From positions 1 to 64,000 of the IMG/VR virus record IMGVR_UViG_3300012682_000001: a stretch of DNA of 64,000 nucleotides, one strand, 5' to 3'. Every line of letters starts with the position of its first letter. The first letter of the stretch is position 1. The DNA comes from a virus. The translations under genes and the position numbers were made by a program. The notes under the pieces are model-generated. The model had not been told where the DNA came from, did no database searches, and saw nothing but the letters and a program-made list of their open reading frames with translations. Shown here in pieces: positions 17,567 to 25,209 of this stretch.

Positions 17567-18183
17567 ACCGTCCTCCGTCCCTCTTCTGTGAAGAAGGAGG
17601 TGACCCCCCTTTTGACTTTCGATTGTAGAGTCCCATACGGAACTCCGAGAATCCGGGCGGCGTTAGGCTGAGAGCACGGCTCGCCATCGAGTAGAACCCA
17701 AACCGTATTCTTCTTCGGTCTTTGATTGTGGATTTGCTCTAGTGAGGTTGACCATTTGCAGTTGGATTTGGAGTAACCCTCGTCATTATTTACCCGATCT
17801 ATTGAAGCTCCGTCGAACGGGGCGATGCCCATGTCCTCCAGGAAATTCAAAAAGGTCATCCACCTATCACAAACAGCTATCCCCCTTCCTCCATAGTCCA
17901 ACCATTGTGGATGACTTTGGTTGGTGCATCGTCCGAGCATATTCCTCCAGACATTATGGATTGCTGTCCCGGTGTATCCGTGTGTTTGCTTTCGGTGTCC
18001 GCAATGCTGGCACTCAAGAGCGGTCGCCCTTTTGGTGTTTCGTATTGTCCCTGATGAGTAGACGGTCTCCCCATCACACTTCGAGCATTTGCAACTCCAA
18101 TGGATTTGCCCGTTCATTCTGCTGTGGATGGAGACGACCTCCAGTGATCCATTTTTCAGTCCAATAAGGTTGATAGTTTTCAT
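17557..18183 (-). CDS. HNH-type homing-endonuclease-like DNA-binding protein
   Basis: CKCSKCDG...CQHCGH zinc finger, YGGRGIAVCDRWMTFLNFLEDMG and SIDRVNNDEGYSKSNCKW blocks typical of phage HNH_3-type proteins. Visibly lower GC than neighbours. Start at the ATGA-coupled MKTINLIGL. Confidence 0.6.
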   Translation of the reverse strand: MKTINLIGLKNGSLEVVSIHSRMNGQIHWSCKCSKCDGETVYSSGTIRNTKRATALECQHCGHRKQTHGYTGTAIHNVWRNMLGRCTNQSHPQWLDYGGRGIAVCDRWMTFLNFLEDMGIAPFDGASIDRVNNDEGYSKSNCKWSTSLEQIHNQRPKKNTVWVLLDGEPCSQPNAARILGVPYGTLQSKVKRGVTSFFTEEGRRTVCL

Positions 18184-18863
18184 TCGCAATACTTGCATCT
18201 GCTGCCATCAATATCAAACCAAAACTCATTCGCGAGAATGGTCTCATCCACCTGCTCATCGGAGTTTGCATCGTTATACGCAGCTTCGAGCACACGATAA
18301 ATCCAGCGCATGAAGTCCCTGGCGGCCTCGATGAGGTCGGCCTCCGCCTTCTCTCCCTCTGGGTCAGGGGATACTGGATCGTATGACTCATCATCCGTGA
18401 TCGTCACATCGAACTCCGTGCAGTGCTCGTGGCTGTAGTGGCCCCGGTGCTCCACTTTGAATGACGAGGCTGTATCCAGCCTGGCGATTCGATCGAACTC
18501 TGCGGCAATCCGCTTGATCTCGGTCGTAGCCGGGTCTTCACCCCAGCCATCCGCCACCTTGTCGGCCTTCACGTCGCTCGCGCGCCATGTTCCCTCGAAG
18601 CAGGCGCCATCGCCTTGTGACCAGAAGCCGGACCAGAAGATACACGGCTTTGGAGTCAGCTCCTTTCCTGACATACTCTTGCGGGCGCGGGTCTTGAACG
18701 CGATCCCCATCAGCTCGCCCTCCCGGACTGCTTCTTCGATCGCGCATTCGCTCCAGTAGTTGTCATCGCAAGACCCCTCGCGATACCACTCACGGGCTTT
18801 CTCTTTCGCTTTGTCCGATAGCTCATCGAACGTGAACGCTGTTACGGTTACTTGTTGGCTCAT
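18180..18863 (-). CDS. hypothetical acidic protein
   Basis: Internal ATG (MSQQVTVTAFTFDEL...) with GAAAGGAAA SD; IFWSGFWSQGDGACFEG block. Confidence 0.65.
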   Translation of the reverse strand: MSQQVTVTAFTFDELSDKAKEKAREWYREGSCDDNYWSECAIEEAVREGELMGIAFKTRARKSMSGKELTPKPCIFWSGFWSQGDGACFEGTWRASDVKADKVADGWGEDPATTEIKRIAAEFDRIARLDTASSFKVEHRGHYSHEHCTEFDVTITDDESYDPVSPDPEGEKAEADLIEAARDFMRWIYRVLEAAYNDANSDEQVDETILANEFWFDIDGSRCKYCE

Positions 18864-19141
18864 TTGGTTTGGTTTCCTTTCGTTATGTTGTTTGCTTTGT
18901 TGATGACGCACAGGAGGTTCTCCCAAGTCCCGCCACGCATCCGCCCTATAGACTTCAGGTGGTCTCGCGCATCTTCCAGCGCCTCTATCATCTCCGGCAG
19001 CAGATCAGCCGCTGCCTTGTTGGGGCATTTGGATGGGTCGCGCTCTGCGAAGCGAATCCACCGCTGCCTTTCAATGTCGGTGAGGGCATCCCATTCATAG
19101 GAGTTCCCACACCATTTTCCGAACAGCTCTTGCGCGTTCAT
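18860..19141 (-). CDS. hypothetical protein
   Basis: Internal ATG (MNAQELFGKWCGNSYEWDAL...) of track ORF 18860..19519, ATGA-coupled on both sides. Confidence 0.5.
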   Translation of the reverse strand: MNAQELFGKWCGNSYEWDALTDIERQRWIRFAERDPSKCPNKAAADLLPEMIEALEDARDHLKSIGRMRGGTWENLLCVINKANNITKGNQTK

Positions 19142-19866
19142 TTCTCCTCCTTCATCATCAGCTTCCCGGTCTCCACGCTGAACACCGGATACGGAGCCTC
19201 TCCGTCCTCGAACCAGTCCGCGCCGAGGCAGAAGACTTTCGGGAATGCAGCCAACTCGGTATCGGTGATCGTTGGTCCGACCCACTGCTCGTAGCTCAAG
19301 GCTGCATCGAGATTTCCCGCTCCGGGAACGCAGGGAGAACAATACGCTGCATACGTGCAGTAGGGCGACTTGCTCACGAACACGTCGTAGTCCAGGCACT
19401 TCGAGAGAACGTAGCCGTCCTTCTCGTAGAGCCAGTCGGGTTCGTCGCACTGGTAGGTGTCTCCGAAGCGATCCGAGACGATAGACCACACGAGGTCGTC
19501 CCTCATATCTGTGGTCCATCCCCGCGATTCACGGAAGGCGGAGGCCAGCTCTTTCGCCATAACGGCGCGATCGGTGGCTCTCGACTCTCCGTAATACAGC
19601 TCAACGAGATCACCCTCAAGGGCGCTCTCCTGAGCTTCGTCTGACTCATCCCACTCGGCGTCGTATGTGGACACCAGCGAGTTGATTAGCTCTTCTTTCG
19701 CCGCCTCATAGCTGAGGTCTCGGGAGTTATAGAAGATGTCGTCCAGCGCCCAAGAGGACAGCGAGTTCTGCGCGATAACGCCATACCGGATACCCGTCTC
19801 CGGGTCCCTGTTGGCGGTTGATCCTGGGCCGGAGTAGTCCAGCCCTGCGTAGTTTGTGTTGCTCAT
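19138..19866 (-). CDS. hypothetical acidic protein
   Basis: Internal ATG (MSNTNYAGLDYSGPG...) one nt after the upstream stop; YCSPCVPGAGN block. Confidence 0.65.
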   Translation of the reverse strand: MSNTNYAGLDYSGPGSTANRDPETGIRYGVIAQNSLSSWALDDIFYNSRDLSYEAAKEELINSLVSTYDAEWDESDEAQESALEGDLVELYYGESRATDRAVMAKELASAFRESRGWTTDMRDDLVWSIVSDRFGDTYQCDEPDWLYEKDGYVLSKCLDYDVFVSKSPYCTYAAYCSPCVPGAGNLDAALSYEQWVGPTITDTELAAFPKVFCLGADWFEDGEAPYPVFSVETGKLMMKEEK

Positions 19867-19867
19867 G

Positions 19868-20179
19868 TTACGCTTCCTCCCCTTGGTATCCGAGGTCTTC
19901 CAGCAACTCATTGGTCCACCAGCACGACCCCTCCTTAAGCAGGAAGTCGATCACCTCCTGCTTGGAATCGAAGACCCCCATGTGCTCACTGGAATGGTCC
20001 GTCCGGTTATTGTATTCACATCCGCTGCTGTGCGAGTGCGTGAGGTGGAATCGATTGCCCTGCATTACCCGATAGGCGTTGTGGCCGATTCCGCTGTAGC
20101 TTCCGCCATCCCTTGAGGCGGAGGAGATTTTCTCTGCGCCGCTGAAATCAACGGGCGGGTGATTGTCGAATTTAGTCAT
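19868..20179 (-). CDS. hypothetical protein
   Basis: Internal ATG (MTKFDNHPPVDF...) with GAAAGGAAAG SD. Confidence 0.55.
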   Translation of the reverse strand: MTKFDNHPPVDFSGAEKISSASRDGGSYSGIGHNAYRVMQGNRFHLTHSHSSGCEYNNRTDHSSEHMGVFDSKQEVIDFLLKEGSCWWTNELLEDLGYQGEEA

Positions 20180-20180
20180 G

Positions 20181-20642
20181 TTACTTCTTTCCTTTCTTTG
20201 GTTGCTGCGCTTTGGCAGCGGGTTTGGTTGTGCCCCCGATCTCGATTTCCAGCGTGATCTCCAGCTCCCCCAGTAGCTCTGGCGTAAGCCGATCAAGGCT
20301 GTCTCCATTCAGGTCCTTGGCGTAGATCGACGACAGTGTGCCGTCCGACTCCTTGCGGGAGTTGCCCCGGAAGCCATACGCCTCCTGCCAGCAGCCGTCG
20401 TCGGTGTAGTCTTCGCCGTATTCCCTTACCCACTCATCGTGACCTTCGTCAGCGGCAGGGAAGAACTCGTCTTCGCAGATCGAGTAGGCATCCTCCCATG
20501 TCTGGGCTCGGACGATCCCGCTAATCCCCATCGAATCTCGATGGATAAACAACGGACCATAGCCGTCGTCGTAGGTGTTGATCTTGTGCCCGAACCGGCT
20601 CTTGGCTCCGATCAGGCGTTGGCTGTCGTTAATCAGTTTCAT
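20181..20642 (-). CDS. hypothetical acidic protein with Lys-rich tail
   Basis: Track ORF, GAAAGGAAAG SD. Confidence 0.6.
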   Translation of the reverse strand: MKLINDSQRLIGAKSRFGHKINTYDDGYGPLFIHRDSMGISGIVRAQTWEDAYSICEDEFFPAADEGHDEWVREYGEDYTDDGCWQEAYGFRGNSRKESDGTLSSIYAKDLNGDSLDRLTPELLGELEITLEIEIGGTTKPAAKAQQPKKGKK

Positions 20643-20896
20643 TTGTCTGCTTTCCTTTCGATGTTGCGCCGGAGCACTCCGAGGAGAGTCGCGACTCGTT
20701 GTTGTTGTTTTTCTAGCTTGGTGGTCTTGGGGTCGTTCAGCGGGAGCGATTCGCAGTGCTCCTGGTATCTCTGCTCCTTGTATTGCGACAAGAGGCAGGT
20801 CAGCGCGTCCCCATACTCCTCGTGGAGATTTTGGTAATCCTGCTCAACGGAGTCCCCAAACTCCGAGAGCCAAGAGTCGTAAGATAGCACCTTCAT
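20639..20896 (-). CDS. hypothetical protein
   Basis: Track ORF, coupled. Confidence 0.55.
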   Translation of the reverse strand: MKVLSYDSWLSEFGDSVEQDYQNLHEEYGDALTCLLSQYKEQRYQEHCESLPLNDPKTTKLEKQQQRVATLLGVLRRNIERKADK

Positions 20897-21345
20897 GCCA
20901 ATTCCCCCAACTGATGCTGCAACGAGTTCATGGCCGTCTTCGCATCATTCGCCATACGGGCGAAGCTGCGATCTCCGGTATCCCGGAACTTGGCCGTGAA
21001 CTCCCTGACCCTGGCCGAGCAGCGCGCGATCATCTCGGTGACCATCTGCTGGTCGATCGTCAGGACTTTCTGCGGAGTTGCAGAAATCGGAGCGCACGGC
21101 TTCCATTTGCGTAGCCACTCCACCTCCAGCCTGCGCTGTTCATTCTCGTAGGCGATCTTCGCACGCTTCGCGCGAGCATTACGGCTCTCTCGGTCGATGG
21201 CTCGCCGCAGCTCTTCAGTCTTGGCCTGCATCAGAGGACGAGAGCCCTCGTAGGTGGCGTCCAGTAGCTCATTGGACATACGGGTTAGCTCGGTGGCGGA
21301 GAAGCCGACTACGGCCAACCGCATGATTTTGTCTGATCGTTTCAT
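20893..21345 (-). CDS. hypothetical coiled-coil protein
   Basis: Track ORF, GAAAGGAAAA SD. Confidence 0.55.
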   Translation of the reverse strand: MKRSDKIMRLAVVGFSATELTRMSNELLDATYEGSRPLMQAKTEELRRAIDRESRNARAKRAKIAYENEQRRLEVEWLRKWKPCAPISATPQKVLTIDQQMVTEMIARCSARVREFTAKFRDTGDRSFARMANDAKTAMNSLQHQLGELA

Positions 21346-21372
21346 GGTGTGTTTTTCCTTTCTGTTTGTGGT

Positions 21373-21636
21373 TTACTTGCGGACCTCGATCATCTCGACC
21401 GAAGCCTCCTGATACTTGCCTTCACTCCACCGGATGACCTGCTTGATCGTGGTGTTGGTGGAGCGCTTGCGCCCCGTCCTCCACTGCTGTTGAACCAAGG
21501 TATGGGTATCGATGTCGTCGATGGTCAGCGGCTCTGAAAGCCCCGCCCTCACGAAGAAGGACAGGCAGGCGGCGTTGACCTCGGCCATATCCAGGCGCGA
21601 AGGGAGATAAGCGGACTTACTGGTGTTACGATTCAT
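21373..21636 (-). CDS. hypothetical protein
   Basis: Track ORF. Confidence 0.55.
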   Translation of the reverse strand: MNRNTSKSAYLPSRLDMAEVNAACLSFFVRAGLSEPLTIDDIDTHTLVQQQWRTGRKRSTNTTIKQVIRWSEGKYQEASVEMIEVRK

Positions 21637-21723
21637 GGTGTTTTTGCTTTCTGTGTTTTGGCAGGGTGGCTTCCTGCCGGATTAGTTGTTGCCACTGGAA
21701 CCAGACTGGCTCCCTTGCTGCGG

Positions 21724-21744
21724 CCTCGGGGATCGGACCCGAAG
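21724..21744 (-). promoter_or_regulatory. conserved GGG-GATCGGA-CCC stem-loop, copy 3 of 3
   Basis: CCTCGGG / GATCGGA / CCCGAAG, extendable to 11 bp with 2 mismatches; 18 nt downstream of the stop at 21762. Confidence 0.5.
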
Positions 21745-21761
21745 CGGCAGACAGGAACTAG

Positions 21762-21959
21762 CTAGGCGAAGGCCTCTTCACTGGCCCACGCGGGCACGAT
21801 GTCTTCATACTGATCTGGCTCATGGAGCCCCAGGGCATCCACCCGGCCCTCACGGCGCTCTGCACGCCTGCGCTGCACGCCATCGAAGCGACGGGCCTTG
21901 CGGGCGCTAGCCGGAATGACTGACGAGCGGAGGTTGGTGGTCTTGATTTGTGTTTTCAT
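21762..21959 (-). CDS. hypothetical small basic protein (first gene of - block)
   Basis: Track ORF. Confidence 0.45.
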   Translation of the reverse strand: MKTQIKTTNLRSSVIPASARKARRFDGVQRRRAERREGRVDALGLHEPDQYEDIVPAWASEEAFA

Positions 21960-23113
21960 TGCTTTGTTTTTCTTTGTGTTATGCCGAGGGAGTTCTCGGC
22001 GCGTGTTATCTCCCGTTCTTCGTAATGAAGGACGACTGCTGAGCCCCGGAGCTTCCTCCGAGACCCAGCCGTCGTTCTACTTCGCGACCACCCACGGATA
22101 AATCCGCAGGCTCGCTACTGTGGCCACCTCACGGTGACCCGACGTGGTGCCGAGCTTTCACGCCCTCAGGCGTTATGGCAGGCTCGTGACCAGAGCTTCC
22201 TCAAAGCTCTGGTGATCTCATGGCTTCCCGTTTAATGAACCGCGCACCTGGTTAAGATGCGCCAGCTCAACAGCCCGCACTTGAGGTTCGGCTCACGGTT
22301 ATTTACCCCGTGGCCGCCATGCAGGCGTCCATGAATCCACCCAGGAGAGAGCAGCCTTGTAAGGCCGCCCGTCTCTTGACTGATACTGTTTAATGTTCCT
22401 GTTGCGCCCTGAGTGAGACCTCCACACGGCCACGGCATTTATCCACAAAGGGACCGCGGCGGTGCGTGCTCATAGAGTCCGGTTTTCAATACCGTGACAG
22501 CGCGTTTTACTGACCTCCTTTCCAGCAGGAGGCAACCCATCCATTCGATAATCCCACCATCGAACTTGGGCAACGCGCTACGTCCGAGCAATCGCGACGC
22601 AACATTCATTCCATGCTCTCCCGGTGGCATTGAGAGCCGGGGAGCTTTAATCGCAGACGACTTCTCATCATCGTCTGCTCGTGGCCAAGGCCGCTACTGT
22701 TTGTGCGGGTGAACGTGGCCATTTCCAATCGAGTGCTCGGGGAAGCTGAGCATCCCCTTGACGGCACGGTCAGCCCGTGCGACAACCGGAGCAACTACGC
22801 ATCCGACATCACACAGCCTGAGCGCCATCGCTCGATCTGAAGTTGTCAAAGAACTACCACCCGCTCGGTCTCTGCCAGGAGACCTTAGGGAGAGGGGCGC
22901 TGGGGGATAAACCCCCAGCATTCTTTCTCGTTACCACCACCAACTTTGCAGTTTGAGCGGTGGGTCTGAAATCGAACCCTGCACCTGAGGAAAGTGCTCT
23001 ACGTCTCTGTGCCGTTAAGCATAACTCAGGATATAAAAATGGTGGCGACGACACCTACCCCTCTTCTGTGTTGACCCCGAGACCCCGTTGACAGAACCTC
23101 TGGACATAAAGCC
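21960..23113. other. 1154-nt ORF-free, hairpin-dense region between divergent blocks; candidate large structured ncRNA and/or regulatory/origin region
   Basis: Only short, overlapping, junk-like ORFs in all six frames. Many perfect stems: 21983-22000, 22047-22060, 22190-22212 (9 bp), 22514-22532, 22653-22678 (8 bp), 22764-22780, 22867-22884, 22899-22919 (8 bp). Confidence 0.45.
22899..22928 (+). terminator. terminator-like hairpin inside the ORF-free region
   Basis: GCTGGGGG ATAAA CCCCCAGC followed by ATTCTTTCT on the + strand. Confidence 0.4.
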
Positions 23114-23377
23114 ATGGCGACGAGCGACCACACCCTGCGTTTCCGCCAGGACAGCACCGAGAGCCTGATCACCCTAAAGGCATCCCTCATCGCCAAGGAG
23201 TCCGTCTTCTCCCAGCAGGCCATGGGCAGCAAGAGCTTCACCCGCGACCTGCGCTTCATGGCAGACCAGATCAACGCCATCTGCTTCGTGCTGGCGGAGC
23301 GCGGTTACACCGTCCACCCCACGGCGCCGACTGCGAATTACGGAGCTGGTATTTGTGATTTCAGCAACGTCCAATGA
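23114..23377 (+). CDS. gpW-like head-tail joining protein
   Basis: 87 aa, immediately upstream of and ATGA-coupled to the portal, as lambda W is to B; helical Leu/Ile pattern. Confidence 0.5.
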   Translation: MATSDHTLRFRQDSTESLITLKASLIAKESVFSQQAMGSKSFTRDLRFMADQINAICFVLAERGYTVHPTAPTANYGAGICDFSNVQ

Positions 23378-25209
23378 CGCTCAACGGAAATACTCCCAAC
23401 GGGGAAATCCAGCTCGCCCGCCTGTATGACGGAGGGGGAAACATCGTCACAGAATGGAACCCACGCTTCGAGGCTGTCCGTCGCGAGCGCGAGATTCTCT
23501 TCGGAGCAGGCGGATACAACCCCGTAGCCGAGCGTAGAGGCAGGGCCAAGGCCGCAGGGGGCTCCGAGAACTGGATCGCCAACAGAGACCGCGTGAAGGC
23601 TATGGCGGACGCCCGTGACGCCTTCACCTTCGACTGGATCGGAGGCGTCATCGCCAAGGTGGTTCTCTACGTCTGCGGTCGCCTCCACGCCAAGAGCGCC
23701 ACAGGAGAGGGCCAGATCGACCAGATGTATGACGACTACTTCCATGGTTGGTGCGGGGACGAGCGCGACGCGCAAGGACTCCCTCGCTGCGACTTCAGTG
23801 GCCGCCATCGATTCCTAAAGCAAGTCCAGCTCGCCTTCATGTCCTTCCTCGTGGACGGGGATCACGGGCTACTGGAGATCAACCCGGAGTTTTCACCCAA
23901 CGGAGAGTTCTGCCTCCAGAACATCGAGGCAGACCGCATTGGCTCCCCCATGGAGGGCTCGATCGCCGAGGACTACATCGGCGGAGTGAAGATCGACCCG
24001 ATGACCGGGCGCGTGCAGTTCTACCGCATCTTCCAGAGGACGCGGACGAACCAATACATCAACCCACAAGAGGTCCCGCCAGAGTCATTTATTCACGTCT
24101 TCGACCCGGATCACGGAGATGAATACCGGGGCCGCACCAAGCTCCTGCGCATCCTCAACGACCTCCGGGACATCCGGGAGTGGATCGAAGCGGAGAAGAT
24201 CGCAGGCAAGACCCAGAGCCAATACGCGGCACTGATCGGAACCAAGGACCCGATGAGCGGACAAGGAGCCTCTGCGTGGAGCGACAAGACGGCAGAAGGA
24301 ACCCCAACCCAAACTGCCCAATGGGGCAAGCTCCTCAAGCTGGCAGAAGGCGAGAACTTCTCGATGCTCTCCCCAGCCGCCCGACCCAGCGGAGCCTTCA
24401 TGCAGTTTGTGGACACGCTGATCCGCAAGATGGGCGTGAGCCTTAACCTTCCCTACGGATTCCTATGGGACCTCGCCACCCTCGGAGGCGTCACGGCCCG
24501 CATCGAAGTGCAGAGCGCCCTCCGCCAGATTCAATACTGGCAGGACAACATCCTCGTCGGACTGATCCTCGATCGTGTGCGCCAGAAGGTGATCGCACAG
24601 GGGATAGCCATGCAGATGCTTCCGGCGCACCCGCTGTGGAAGAAGTGCTCTTGGAATTTCGGTCAGTGGATCACCACCGATCAGGGCTACGAGATGTCTT
24701 CCGACCTCGAAGGCCTTGGTGCTGGCATCCTGCGCATCGACTCAGTGACCGGGAAATACGGAACCACTCCTCGCGAGGTGCTGACCTCCAATGCCAGCGC
24801 GGCCAACGACGCCCTGGGTGTTGGAGCCGAACACGCCCTGCCGGTCGAGACGTTCGCCCGCGGCCTCTGGCCCGACATCACGAATCAGAAGGCTGCGTTC
24901 CTCGCGCAGACGCCGATTCCTTCGCCTCCTCCTGGTAGCTTCGAGGCCATTGGAGACAAGGGGGTCGCCAAGATGGTTGAGATCGCGCAGTCCGTTAAGG
25001 AAGGGACGATGGATCGGGAAAGCGCCATCGCGATGATGCGAACCGCCTTCGGGTTCACGCCGAAGCAAGCCGACGCACTGGTCCCTGACGAGCCGACCCC
25101 AGCAGAGGCGAACCGGGCCGCTGGCCTTGATGTGAAGGGCAATCATCCGAAGCCAGCAGCCGCGAAGACCTCCAGCAGCAACGGCAGCAGGAAGCCAGCA
25201 CGCAAATGA
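23374..25209 (+). CDS. portal protein (lambda gpB-like)
   Basis: 611 aa. Position after the gpW-like gene and before the internal/protease/capsid genes. Acidic central domain; C-terminal Ala/Lys/Pro tail. Confidence 0.8.
   Translation: MTLNGNTPNGEIQLARLYDGGGNIVTEWNPRFEAVRREREILFGAGGYNPVAERRGRAKAAGGSENWIANRDRVKAMADARDAFTFDWIGGVIAKVVLYVCGRLHAKSATGEGQIDQMYDDYFHGWCGDERDAQGLPRCDFSGRHRFLKQVQLAFMSFLVDGDHGLLEINPEFSPNGEFCLQNIEADRIGSPMEGSIAEDYIGGVKIDPMTGRVQFYRIFQRTRTNQYINPQEVPPESFIHVFDPDHGDEYRGRTKLLRILNDLRDIREWIEAEKIAGKTQSQYAALIGTKDPMSGQGASAWSDKTAEGTPTQTAQWGKLLKLAEGENFSMLSPAARPSGAFMQFVDTLIRKMGVSLNLPYGFLWDLATLGGVTARIEVQSALRQIQYWQDNILVGLILDRVRQKVIAQGIAMQMLPAHPLWKKCSWNFGQWITTDQGYEMSSDLEGLGAGILRIDSVTGKYGTTPREVLTSNASAANDALGVGAEHALPVETFARGLWPDITNQKAAFLAQTPIPSPPPGSFEAIGDKGVAKMVEIAQSVKEGTMDRESAIAMMRTAFGFTPKQADALVPDEPTPAEANRAAGLDVKGNHPKPAAAKTSSSNGSRKPARK

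Noticed and set aside
22958-22990. tRNA/tmRNA-like T-loop (GGGTTCGATTTC on the - strand) and nearby ACCACCACCA
   Set aside because: The flanks do not form a 5-bp T stem, and I could not build an acceptor, D or anticodon arm. No cloverleaf means no tRNA call.
22232-23054. Six short ORFs (62-84 aa) on both strands in the 22-23 kb region
   Set aside because: They overlap one another, are compositionally junk-like, and have no SD or coupling. The region is treated as non-coding.
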